NCBI RefSeq assembly: GCF_006345805.1
Contig: NC_043004.1
Location: forward strand, 97,092,001-97,156,000
Source of the DNA: Octopus sinensis
Lineage: Eukaryota
Length of the DNA stretch: 64,000 nt
Direction: 5' to 3'
The position numbers and the translations under genes were made by a program. Of this stretch, positions 1 through 12,356 are shown one piece after another (the first letter of the stretch is position 1; every line of letters begins with the position of its first letter). The notes beneath the pieces were generated by a model that did not search any database, was not told the origin of the DNA, and was given only the letters and a program-made list of their open reading frames with translations.

Positions 1-720
1 GAGGATGGGTCGAACTAAAGTGATATATACAGGCCAAAAGACGCCCATTGAAAGGTTAGACATTGATCAGTGGATGAGTTAAAGATTCCTTCTGGCTTTG
101 TTCCCCGCCTCGATACCCTGCTGTGGTAGTTTGAAAGTAGTATCTATCATTATGCTGAGATCCTTTTCTTCAGTGACCATCTTAAGATGTTGATGTTTGT
201 GGCAAATAGTCAAGGGAGTGTTTGGAGGTGAACCTATTAGCAAATGGCTGCATTTTGAGGTGTTCAAGGGCAGATCCCATTCTTCCGTCCAATTCCAAGC
301 TCGGTTCAGCGACGGTTGGAGTATGTCGTATTGATTCCTAGGTGAGACAAGTTTGACGTCGTCTACAAATAGGAGAACTCTTCCACCAAGAAAATCTGGC
401 AGGTCGTTGATATAGAGAAGGAAAAGTATTGGCTCCAGTACCGACCCCTGGGAAACGCCGTTGCATGCATTCGTCTCCGCGGAGAGATCTCCATTTATTT
501 GCACCCAAAAGGTTCGATAGCTCAGGAAGGAAGAAATCCACAAAGTCAACAATGGATGAATCTTGAATGCTCGAAATTTGCGCAAGAGAAGTCCAAAAAT
601 ACTACGCCAACCAAGTCTTTTTCATCCATGGTCCTTGTAATCCATTCTTCAAGAAGGAGAAGATTTGTTAGGCAAGATCTTCAGGGTAGAAATCCATGTT
701 GCGAGTCGGATATTTCTTTG
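1..720 (-). mobile_element. Degenerate CR1/L2-like LINE reverse transcriptase fragment
   Basis: ORF 79-585 has GVSQGSVLEPILFLLYINDLP and LLFVDDVKL (YADD-equivalent). The upstream frame gives SQHGFLP*RSCLTNLL...VFLDFS. Stops and frameshifts are present. Confidence 0.85.
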
Positions 721-2165
721 TACCATATACATATATAGGGCTTTGTATAAGGCTTTGGTTGGAAATAGCTGTGGGAATGACCTGAACATTGTGAATAAAA
801 ACAAAGTCGAGTATGCTATTTTCGCCTAATTAGACAGGTAATAATTTGTTGTATGGGAAAGTTTTTGTTGTATAGAGGAAAGGGTTCATATCCCTCCACA
901 ACAGTTGCTTAGTTCCAGGCTGGGTATAATCCTCGGACCAGCTAAGATTAGTAAAATTTAAAGACCCCTGTTGAAAGCATATTAGCCTGTGTACTGGCCT
1001 CAGCTAGGGTTAGACTTATGAGTAAAAAAAAGCACCTCTGAAGTGATCTTCGTGATTAACCGCGTCAGGACGACCGTAAGTAATGCTTCTAATATCATTT
1101 CCTTTTTATATAAATTAGTCTGAAATTGTCGAATACATTTCTTTGCAAATTAGGTAATTTCGGGGTTGGTCTGCAATCATTTACAGTTAAATGTTTCCTT
1201 TCAAAATCTTTTTTTTTATTAAACTGGACTAGTATTTCGAATGAGCAATAAGTATCAACGCATTTAACAATGAGCATTAAATATCAAAGATAAAAATAAA
1301 TCATTTTGTTCCCTTGTCAAACTTCAGACCTAACAACCTAAACGAGAAAACCGATATGACTGAAAGAATTTTTAAAGGGCTTTTATTTTTAGGCTGAGGT
1401 CAAACAGTCGAATCCATTCAACCATGTCGTCAGTTTTTAGCAACATCAGCTTCAAAGAACTTGAGAGAGGTGACAGACTGAGAGAGGACAAGAACCTTCA
1501 CACATTTTCAGCATTGCAAGATTTTGGAGTTAATTTTGTCAGAATAGAGCTGTCTTCAAGAATCCAAGTAATGCTATGTATTGAAGAGTAGCCGTAGATG
1601 CTGGTCATATTGTTGTTCTTGTTGTTTGCTGCTACTGTTGTTGTTGTTACATACTTTTTATTTTGAAGCTACTTTGCTTCAGAAGTTGGTTAGTCATAAA
1701 TTCCCTTGGGAATTTTAAGCCCAGCTTCATGACTTTTATTTATTTATTTTTGTTCTTTGTTTTTGCTTTGCAACGAAATCTAGCTTCAAGCATCTTATAC
1801 AGATAATGTTTTAGACACTATTTTCTGAAACTGGTAAAATTATGTAGGGGTGCAAATTTTGATCTTGCACCACCTGAAAATTCTAAGGGGTGCAGGTGCA
1901 TCTGCTGCACCCCCTGTTCCCGGGCCCTTGGATACCAGTCCATTGCAGGGTTCACAGCCAGCAAATTTTGAGAAGGGATGACAAGGTGATTGCATAAACT
2001 CAATTACTTGACTGGTACATTTTTTTACCAGCCCCAAAAGGATGAAGGGCAAACATTCTCTCAGTGTGATTTGAACAGAGAACAAAAAGATCCAGATAAG
2101 ACACTACTAAGAATTTATGCTGACAATTCCACTGATCTCATCTGATTTAAATATATATAATATAT

Positions 2166-2213
<48 letters not shown>

Positions 2214-2267
2214 ATATAATATATATATATATATTATATATACACACACATACACACATATGTATAA

Positions 2268-2430
2268 TACCATATTTTAACATGTATAAGGAACGCTTTT
2301 TTGTCAAAAATAAGGTTAAAAAATATGGGAGCTTCTTATACTTGGATAGTATTATAATCCCTTACAAAACCTTTTTCCAAATTTGAAGCCCCCAAAATTA
2401 GGGGTTCTTTATGCACATTAAAATACAGTG
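2268..2430. mobile_element. Tc1/mariner-pogo type MITE
   Basis: Imperfect TIRs (TACCATATTTTAACATGTATAAGGAAC). The internal sequence matches 13559-13748 in the opposite orientation. Confidence 0.6.
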
Positions 2431-2435
2431 TGTGC

Positions 2436-2466
<31 letters not shown>

Positions 2467-2541
2467 ATATATATGTGTGTGTGTGCGTGTGTGTGTGTGT
2501 GTGTATCCTATCATATATACATATTATATGCTTACATATAT

Positions 2542-2571
<30 letters not shown>

Positions 2572-2573
<2 letters not shown>

Positions 2574-2884
2574 CAATTAAGGACAACTACTTAATAAGGA
2601 AAACTTAACAAGAAATTGTCAGGTAGATAGCGTGAAAACCTCATAAGAGAAAAAATTTCGAAAATAATTATTTCTTATTGAACATATTAATTTATATATA
2701 GAGGGCATTATACATACATGCCAGAAGGCATTATACATACATGCCACACGCTAAGAGGGACAATTAGTCATTTCTACCAAAAATATTACTAATCCCAGCG
2801 AATGCAATTTTTCAAAGTAAGACATTTAAAAAAATATAGACCTGTATCACAGTGATTTCATACTTACGTATTCATCAGCAGGCC

Positions 2885-2885
<1 letters not shown>
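2572..2885 (-). repeat. Truncated copy of HHR-bearing repeat family A
   Basis: Near-identical to 46282-46640 apart from the 23-bp minisatellite copy number. Flanked by (TA)n on both sides. Confidence 0.9.
2838..2885 (-). ncRNA. Type I hammerhead ribozyme, family A
   Basis: Minus strand AGGCCUG-CUGAUGA-AUAC(GUAA)GUAU-GAA-AUCACUGUGAU-A-CAGGUCU. It has a 7-bp stem I, an intact core, a 4-bp stem II, a palindromic stem III and an AUA cleavage triplet. Confidence 0.9.
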
Positions 2886-2922
<37 letters not shown>

Positions 2923-3150
2923 TGGTAAAAAGTGAAGGTAGAAAATGCTAAAATGATTTTATAAAAAACATTTCAGTACCGGTTTCAGTCATTGAGACTT
3001 TTTCAACTGCAAATATGAAAAACAATTAACTTTTGGAAAAATTAAAAGAAAAGTATTTTTAAAAGAATATTTGCATATTATTCAAACGCCAAGGGCATTT
3101 TCCTTGTTTTTGTCTGTCTCTGTCTCTCTTGTTTACTCTTATGGTTTCAA
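2923..3150 (-). repeat. Dispersed HHR-bearing repeat family E (probable Penelope-type pLTR derivative)
   Basis: Diverged homolog at 51200-51445 on the + strand. Confidence 0.7.
2970..3014 (-). ncRNA. Minimal type I hammerhead ribozyme with U3-A8 core variant, family E
   Basis: Minus strand CAG-UUGAAAA-AGUC(UCAAU)GACU-GAA-ACCGGU-A-CUG. Confidence 0.7.
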
Positions 3151-3220
3151 GGTCATTGTGAATATATATTTATATATATATATATATATATTAATATATA
3201 TATATATGTATGTATGTATG

Positions 3221-3251
<31 letters not shown>

Positions 3252-3287
3252 ACTTATATATATATATATTATATATATATATAAATG

Positions 3288-3334
<47 letters not shown>

Positions 3335-3337
<3 letters not shown>

Positions 3338-3461
3338 CTATACAATATGTTACATTACTCGGTAGTCAAGATAAAACTCTGAGTTTCAGATGCCGATTTT
3401 CGGCATCTGAAACTCAGAGTTTTATCTTGACTACCGAGTAATGTAACATATTGTATAGATA
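3335..3461. repeat. Perfect 127-bp palindrome
   Basis: Arms 3335-3396 and 3400-3461 (62 bp each) are exact reverse complements around a TTT loop. Confidence 0.95.
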
Positions 3462-3523
3462 AATTTCCTCTATTTACATAATATTGAGGTCTCTTTCTTT
3501 CTTTTGTTATCTTACCGTTTTAT

Positions 3524-3565
<42 letters not shown>

Positions 3566-3657
3566 TGTTGTGTCTGGGGAGGATCATTTTCTTTTTGTGC
3601 CTTATAAGTTAACACTCTTACTGGTGAAATTTCCACTTATTTCTTAATTTTATTGTC

Positions 3658-3694
3658 CTAAAAGTTTCGTTGCGCCTTGCAACCTTTTCAATAG
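3658..3694 (-). ncRNA. Minimal type I hammerhead-like motif with U3-A8 core variant, family F
   Basis: Minus strand CUA-UUGAAAA-G-GUUGC(AAGGC)GCAAC-GAA-ACUU-U-UAG. It lies in a repeat (about 3565-3700) with a homolog at about 26060-26146. Confidence 0.6.
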
Positions 3695-4998
3695 TCTTTA
3701 CTCTGTCCGTTATTTACACTGCTTTCCTTTTTGTTTGTTTGTGTGCATGTGTGTGTGTGTGTGTGTGTGTGTTTGTGCCTATGCCTGAATGCATGTATGT
3801 ATGTATGTGAGTGTTTTAATTTATAAGGCACAAAAAAGAAAATGATTGTCCCCAAATCCAAAAGTATATGTTTCAACACACGAACTCACATAAAGAATCT
3901 TGCAAACCAAATCCAAACACGAAATATGTATATATACACACATATACTTAAACATTACATACACAAACACACACACATACACACACATATATTTGCATAC
4001 ACACACACTCATGTATATGCATACACACAGACATACAATTAAAAATGAAGTTATTGTTGTCCTGTCAATATTTCTTTTAGATGCAAGCATCGTTTGTACA
4101 TAAGGGTTCGAAACAATGTTTCCCGGCTCATTTTCACTCTAGCCAGTATATATATATTCATGATTAAAGAATTAAGCAGTAAAAGGGAAAGAAGTGCTTT
4201 CTTTCCTATCACAGATTCATAGATACCGCAAGATTTTCTTAAAATTTTCCAGAGATGATTGCAAACTTTCAACAAAATATAATTTAGTAGATAGGGATAG
4301 GTTGGCAGTGGACTGGTAAAAGAGGATTATATTAGGCTTGGGGCCCAGGAGGAGGATAAATAAAACATTTTCAATTATTTATCCTATATATTTGGACTTT
4401 GAAAAAAGTTAACCCCTAAACCCCACAAATTCAACAATATAAACATATAAATAAATATAAAAAAAAAAAAAACAACAAAATTATAAAAATAAAAGAAGGC
4501 TGAAAAATAAAGAAGAATTGCCATCTTTAAATTCATCAGAATTATCCTATTTCCCTAGTGGCATCACTTCTCCAAGACACGTTTTTTTTTCTAGATAATC
4601 TTCATTGCCTTTCGAATTTAAAGCCATCTACATCACCTTTTCCCCCTTCTTTCACTACCGTCCTTGCCTTCTTTCCATTATATCAGTTTCTTTTCCCTCT
4701 TTGTAGATTCAATTAGAGAACCAAAACAAACAGCAACAACTGTATAACAACAAGTCATATGTAAACACTGTGTGTATATGTGTGTGCATACATGTGTATG
4801 CATGCATGTGTGAATGTGTGTGTTGAACTCACATTGATATACATGCATAATTATGCACACACATACACATATATATGTACATACATATATTTATATACAT
4901 GAATACACACACTCCCATATGTAGTTATATACATCTATATGAATTTATAGACATGTTTGTGTGTGTGTATATATACATGAATATATATATACATATGC

Positions 4999-5030
<32 letters not shown>

Positions 5031-5624
5031 ATATATATATATATATGTATGTAGTTATGTATGTATGTATCAATTGCAAGTTATATAGATGACGAATATA
5101 ACCAATTACATTATATTTTCTCTGATTTTATTGCTACTACTACTAATATTACCATCTCTGCTGCTACCACTACTGCTATTTATTACTGTTCCTGTATATA
5201 TTGTTATTGTTTGTTTTATATTAATGATTTTAGTTTCTTTAATGCTCCCTCACTTAGAAATGGGATTAATGACAGATGCATTCACATACATGTATGAAAA
5301 TATACACATATACATACATGCATATATATATATATATAGATACAAATATATACATATATATATATGTATGTACATATACTTGCACACTTACACACACACG
5401 TGCGCATGCGTGCACAATCATGAAATATTCAAAACACTATGTATAAATTTCTAAACCCCACCTCTGGCAATAAAGTTGCCGATTTAGCTGAAACACATTT
5501 CAATAGATATTACAGACCACTATCAAGTGAAATATAGACAAAAATCTAACACAATCACATGCAAAATCATACATATAATCATACAGATGTACACATATAA
5601 AGACACCTGCATACATGCATATAT

Positions 5625-5686
<62 letters not shown>

Positions 5687-6071
5687 GTGTGTGTGTTTAT
5701 ATGAATGTGTTCATTAATATATGCACATACAAAACTATAGTGATATATGTAAACATGTAAGTATGTATAGATGTATGCATTATATACATACATAACAAAT
5801 GATAATAAAAGTAGGATATTTGAATTCCCCTAAATAAAGAAGAAAAGAAAATACTGAGAATTATTCTTGGAATAAAAATATTTACAGGAAGTTTTTTTAT
5901 AAAACTTTTATTTAATTTTAATTTTCTTTTGCTAAGTTTTCCTACTAATATCTTATTTTGTATTTTTTTTTTGTTATTTTCAAAATTATTTTTGTGTGTT
6001 TCTGTTACTGTTATTTTTTTGTTTGTGTAATGTTGGTTGCTGTTACTAATGGTGGACACTGCAAGTATAAA

Positions 6072-6137
<66 letters not shown>

Positions 6138-6147
6138 TACTATTACT

Positions 6148-6178
<31 letters not shown>

Positions 6179-6183
6179 TATTA

Positions 6184-6237
<54 letters not shown>

Positions 6238-6241
6238 CTTA

Positions 6242-6280
<39 letters not shown>

Positions 6281-6767
6281 GTAGTAGTAGTATAGTAGTA
6301 GTAGTAGAGATTGCAATAGTTTTGTGTCTGGTGTAAAAAGTTGTGGTTGTGCTGAAGTTTAAGTGGTGTTCTGTTTATCTTTTGTTTTTATTAGTTTTGT
6401 GAGTTGAAATTGATAGAAAAATGTGTGTTCTTGTTAGTAATCTTAGTAAAAGTAATAATAATTGCATAAGTACTTGCTATGGTCTCTTGTATTTTGAAGA
6501 AAATTTTATTCAGCAGGGTTATCGCAGATTGAGATATTTTATCTTTGTTGATTTTCTTGGTTGGTTGGTTGGTTGGTTGGTTGGTTGGATGGTTGTTAGT
6601 GGTAGCTGGTGTAGTAGTGGTTATCTCGATGATGATGGTGGTTAGTGACAATAAAACTATTTGTTGTTTTTTGGTACTATTTAGACTATGTACAGGAACA
6701 TCAGTTTACATCTTTAAACAGAAATAGCAATTGACATTTTACTAAAGAAAAATGAATAATAAAACTA

Positions 6768-6811
<44 letters not shown>

Positions 6812-6813
<2 letters not shown>

Positions 6814-6974
6814 CATGTTTACCTTAATATGAGATCATCATGTCGTGCACATATGATTGTAGTGCATATGCCTGGTGTACCCTTATCAGATGGGTAGTCA
6901 TGATGGGTATATTGGTCTTTGTATATTTTTACCCCAATCTCACTTTGATGGCATGCACTATTTCTCTCACTCAA
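6812..6974 (+). mobile_element. Truncated copy of a (TAA)n-flanked retroposon end
   Basis: Matches the distal part of 53472-54031 and ends in CTCTCACTCAATAAT. Trinucleotide repeats flank both sides. Confidence 0.75.
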
Positions 6975-6982
6975 TAATGATA

Positions 6983-7031
<49 letters not shown>

Positions 7032-7359
7032 TATTATTATTATTATTATAATATTTTGGGTTTTTGCTTTGTATTTGTACAAGTTGAAACTCAGAAACCT
7101 CAAGAGACGCATTGGAAGGCCAAGCTGGTGTTATGATGAAGGTGTCTGTCAAAATATAAAGAAAATGAGAAGTTTGTTTTGAAAGTAATTTAATTATAAG
7201 ATGATAATGTGATCTTAAGACAACAGTAAAAAGTGTTAGCTTTTATGTGTATTTAAAAGTACTTTGCACTATATTTACTGATTAAAATGTTTTGAGAATT
7301 ACATACACAATATTTAACATAGGATATGAGGATTTCCCATGAGCTCTATCTATGGAATC

Positions 7360-7665
7360 ATCATCATCATCATCATCATCATTTAGCGTCCGTTTCCCAT
7401 GCTAGCATGGGTTGGACGGTTCAACTGGGGTCTGTGAAGCCAGAAGGCTGCATCAGGCCCAGTCTGATCTGGCAGTGTTTCTACGGCTGGATGCCCTTCC
7501 TAACGCCAACCACTCCACGAGTGTAGTGGGTGCTTTTTACGTGCCACCCACACAGGTGCCAGACGGAGCTGGCAAACGGCCACGAACGGATGGTGCTTTT
7601 ACATGCCACCGGCACGGGGGCCAGACGAGGCTGGCAACGGACATGAACGGATGGTGCTTTTCAGA
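7360..7665 (-). mobile_element. SINE/LINE 3' tail fragment (RTE-type tail with (GAT)n end)
   Basis: Minus strand GAAGGGCATCCAGCCGTAGAAAC...GGACGCTAAATGATGATG. Degenerate relatives at about 33125-33330 (-) and 57690-57890 (+). Confidence 0.6.
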
Positions 7666-7764
7666 TTTGCTGGTATCAACCCCATTTGCTATCTTCCTAG
7701 GGCACCTATGCTCCTACTATTATAACCATCCTGAGATGTCACATCATTTCAATTTCGATTAACA

Positions 7765-8170
7765 AACTTTTATATTTTCTGAGCTTATCAAATTCTTTTG
7801 CCGAGATATTATGGTCACAGGGTATGCACATGTCAATCAATAAACAGTCTTCATTGTTTTTGTCTTTCACAACAATATCTGGTTTATTTACTTTGATGGT
7901 CCAGTCTGTACATACTAGGAAGTCTCAAAAGAATAGTTACATTTTCTCCCCCAGTTACAGCCTCAGGGTGTTGTTTGTACCATTTGTCAGCACTTTTGAT
8001 TTTATAATACCGACACATATCATCCAATGTAGATATTGGACAACTTTGTCATATTTTAATTTGTACTCTACAGAGATTAGGTGGTCCACAGTTTCTATCC
8101 CATCATTGTAGTATCAGCACTTTAGGTCTATAGCCTTTTTCATCACATTGGCTTGATAGCTCTGGGTTAA
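7765..8170 (-). mobile_element. REL-endonuclease non-LTR retrotransposon fragment (R4/Dong/NeSL-like)
   Basis: Manual translation: KWYKQHPEAVT...IL*DFLVCTDWTIKVNKPDIVVKDKNNEDCLLIDMCIPCDHNISAKEFDKLRKYK (PD...D motif). Confidence 0.75.
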
Positions 8171-8173
8171 TAT

Positions 8174-8230
8174 GCTTTGTATATTTTACCCCAGTGTCAC
8201 TTTGATGGCATGCACTGCTCTCTCACTCAA
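8174..8230 (+). mobile_element. Short end of the (TAA)n-flanked retroposon, joined to the inverted REL fragment
   Basis: GTATATTTTACCCCAGTGTCACTTTGATGGCATGCACTGCTCTCTCACTCAA followed by (TAA)n. Confidence 0.75.
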
Positions 8231-9326
8231 TAATAATAATAATAATAATAATAACAGAGAAGAAAAGATTCAGTTTTGGAGCTGTAACATAATGGTGTAT
8301 ACATGATAACTACATCAAACACAGACTTGAGATTAAAAACAGGACAAATTAAAATCAAACATGCATGTACACATACACAGGTGCACAAATGAATATTCAT
8401 GTATGTATATTCTCTAAAATCCCATGTTTCTAGTTGCATATTTGAAAGAACCAATGTGGTACTATAAGTCAGTGAGGAGTGGATACATATGTACATACAT
8501 ACACAAACATGCACTCCAACATATACATGCACACATATATATATACATACATGCACACACATACACAAACACACACATACATACATACATATATACATAC
8601 ATACATATATACATACATGCATACATACATACATGCATACATACATACATACATACATACATACATACATAATACATACATACATACATACATATATACA
8701 TACATACATACATACATACACAGAGAAACCCTTTTCCACATGAAAACATTTTTATAGAACAGTTACATAGATAGCAAAAATAAATCTTGTCATTTTGAAA
8801 CACAAAACCTGTCATATTCATTTTACATATTTTTCGTATCAGTGCAACCTATAATAAAATATAATTTTTGTTCATAATTCTGTGATATGGTCACTAATAC
8901 AATTTTTCTACATCTGTTGAAAATCACTGGTTGAATTTTATAAGCTTCAGTAACAATCCTCTTTCTAACTGAGTTTCTTGTTTCTTTTTGTCTTTTTCCT
9001 TTTTCCTTTCATATTCTCTTCTTTTCTTAGTCACGCTGAACTTTATGCGTATCTATGTAATATTTCAATATTTTGGTTTGCAGTCTTATTGCAAATGAAT
9101 ATATCTATGTCTTTTGTTGGTCTTTGGTCCTGTGGGTCTTTCATATTATTGCCTCCTATTTTCTTTTTCCCTTTAGCCTTATCAGTATTTTTAACTGATA
9201 CAATTCCTTTTTGTTTTCTATCCCTTCACCCCTTTCTCTGCTTCTTGTATCACACACCCACACACACACACAACACACAAATTATTATTATATATATATA
9301 TATGTATACACACACACACACATATA

Positions 9327-9548
9327 TATGGAGGGGTGCTGAAGAGTTCCTCACTTTAATATTATTACAAAGGCCTAATTAGAGACCCACCATTTCAATT
9401 TCTTTTGCAGGGCTTTGAAAAACTGAAGGACCACTGCAATAAGTGTGTAAATGTGAGAGGGGAATATGTTGAATAAAATCATAATTAACTGAACCTCCTG
9501 TATTTTCTTTTACCCAAAATGAAGAGTATTTCAACAGCCCCTTGTGTA
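9327..9548 (+). mobile_element. Internally deleted mariner derivative
   Basis: Degenerate TIRs (TATGGAGGGGTGCTGAAGAGTTCC / TTTCAACAGCCCCTTGTGTA) and the transposase C-terminus GFEKLKDHCNKCVNVRGEYVE*. Confidence 0.6.
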
Positions 9549-9664
9549 TACATACATACACACACACACATACATGTATATATATATATATATATATGAT
9601 GATGATGATGATGATAGAGAGAGAAGGAAAGAGAGAAATGAGCATGTTTGCATTGTATTTTGGC

Positions 9665-9732
<68 letters not shown>

Positions 9733-10814
9733 CAACAATAATAATAATAACCCAGAAATCGCAATACACAGATATAACTTTGAGCAGAGTTAGGGTGCTA
9801 GATTCCCTTGTTCAAAAATATAAGGACACTGATCGTGTCATATAGCCAGCTGGAGACGATGTCTTTCAGGGCTAAATTACTGCAATATTCAACTAAACCA
9901 GGACTGCCATGTTATGTTATGTTGGCAAACAATCTTTACTCCAAATTACTGTTGCTTAATATCTCTCGCTATGAGATTTACAAATAGTAATTTTCTAAAA
10001 TAATAATAAGGTTGGTAATAAAAAATAAAGGAAGTGTTCCTTAGTTTATTTCTACAAGCTACAGAATGTCTTGAAGTTTTCCACACAAAATAATATATAA
10101 AACATAACAAAGTAGAATATTTATGTAATTACATTATATTTAAGGATTAAGTAGTAGTAATAGTAATAGCAGTAGTAGTGTTGCGTTGTTGTTGTTGTTG
10201 GTGGTGGTGGTGATAGTAGTATTTAGTAAAGAAGAAGACGGTGTTTATTTTATAAGTTTCTCTGATGCTGAAATAAAGAAACGAGAAGCTTTTTGTCACA
10301 CTTGTATTTTACAAGTCATTTTCACATATTGCCCCCCAAAATGATATCAGTCTGCATGGTAGATTGGTGAGCAATGGTTCTGGAATGAAAAAAATGTATA
10401 TCAAATTAGGGTTCCAAAACTAATAGACAAACTCTGTCAACAACTATTAAGCAGTCTCAATCCTTTTTGGATATCAAAAAGAAAATTAGAAGAAGCACTT
10501 TTTTCCCTTTCGTTTCCCTATTTTCTTCTCTTCTTACCATAATTCGTTTTTCCTTCCTTCAGTAATTGTCCAGTAGAGACACATGACATATGTCAATTTT
10601 GGTTTAATTCTTTGCTTGTGGCTAGTTTGTACATTCTTTTCAGCCAGAAAGCAATGTGTAAAGTGACAGGGACCATATGATGAACACCACGAACCCCTAT
10701 TTGCAATACCTTAAAATTGGTTGAATTAATTGCCCGTACTTAGATCCGGTCGATTTCTGCACACTAACGCATTGTGCAAATTAAATAGCAAAACAATAAC
10801 CATGTGCTGCGGTT

Positions 10815-10888
10815 GTCACCACCATCATCATTATCATCACACCACCACCACCACCACCAACATCACTACCAACACCACCAGGATCATT

Positions 10889-10919
<31 letters not shown>

Positions 10920-11410
10920 CCATCACCATCACCATCACCATCACCATCATTGTCATCGTCGTCAACATCATCATCCCTATCACCAACACCATCTCTACCA
11001 CCACCATCATCATCCCCACCAGCACCAGCACCACCAACACGGCCACCACCACCACCACCACCACCATCAACAACAATATTGTCACTATCAACAATTCCAC
11101 CATTACCAGCACACCACCACCACTGTCACTACTGCTACAACTTCCATCACTACTGTTGCTGCCACCGCCTCCACCAAACCATCAACACCACCAGCTACAT
11201 CACCAGTAGCACCATCATTAACACTACCACCACCATTAACACTAATAACAACAACAAACCAACACCATTATCATACCTAAACCACTGCTACCACCACCAG
11301 CCACCATCACCACCTCCAGAAAACCAGCACCAACGGCATCACAACCACCACCATTGTCATCATCACCAGCATCCTCATCACCACCAGCATCCTCATCCTC
11401 ACCATCTGCA
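10815..11410. repeat. Cryptic (CAC/CAT)n low-complexity tract
   Basis: Explains the poly-His/Thr/Pro ORFs at 10730-11456. Confidence 0.9.
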
Positions 11411-11950
11411 TTTTCTCAAGAAACCAAAAGTCTGTTACACTGGACATTGGAAGTAGATACAAGCCTCTGGCTAGAGAAAAACATTATTTGCACCTAACTA
11501 GATATGGTAAAATATTTTACAGCCAATTAGATAAGGTAAAATTCTGTCAAGCATTACAGATGCCTTGTATACACTTTGACCTTAGTAGTTCCAAATAACC
11601 TAGGAAAATATAAATAATGAAACAAAAGCTTTATTTACATAAAAATACAACAGCTGGCATGTTAAGGTGTTGTGTTTCGTTTTGTATTCAATTATTTAGT
11701 CATGAAAAGGAATGCAGTGCTTATGACCTTTTTTACTCTTTTTAGAGCCCCAGAAACTGATGATAGGAAGGGAGAAAGTTATCCTCAGCTCTGGGTCCTG
11801 ACTAGAATGCTAGTAACAAAACAAATTTTTCTAAAGTTACTGAAAGGACCAGGTGGTGGTGTAAACAAAACAACAGTTTAAGTCACCTTGGTGAAACTAG
11901 TAACAGTTCTTCTGATATCCTTCTACAGTTTCCATCTACCAAATTTCCTT

Positions 11951-12118
11951 ATTTACACTATTTACATCATTTACATTTGACGGATATTTGTCCTCATCTT
12001 GTTTGTTGTTAACACAACGTTTCGGCTGATAGACCCTCCAGCCTTCATCAGGTGTCTTGGGGAAATTTCGAAGCTGGGTTCTCATTTCTAAGATATTTTT
12101 CAATGTTGTTATTATTAT

Positions 12119-12167
<49 letters not shown>

Positions 12168-12239
12168 CTCACTGCCTAAAATCGAACTTGGAATCTTGGA
12201 GTTAGTAGTTCGCGCTCTTAACCACTACGCCATATGCCC
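11951..12239 (-). mobile_element. tRNA-headed SINE carrying an (AAT)n spacer and a hammerhead ribozyme (family B)
   Basis: On the minus strand, a tRNA-like head (12239-12165; A box TGGCGTAGTGG, B box GTTCGATT) is followed by (AAT)n and then the HHR-containing body. Confidence 0.7.
12011..12056 (-). ncRNA. Minimal type I hammerhead ribozyme, family B
   Basis: Minus strand GACAC-CUGAUGA-A-GGCUG(GAGGGUCUAU)CAGCC-GAA-ACGU-U-GUGUU. Confidence 0.85.
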
Positions 12240-12240
12240 A

Positions 12241-12273
12241 ATTATAATGATAATAATAATAATGATGATAAAG

Positions 12274-12356
<83 letters not shown>

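Noticed and set aside
11740-11790. CUGAUGA...GAAA hammerhead-like string
   Set aside because: Stem II is absent and stem I does not abut the core. Likely a chance match.
12165-12239. Possible tRNA gene
   Set aside because: No pairable acceptor stem. It is a SINE head.
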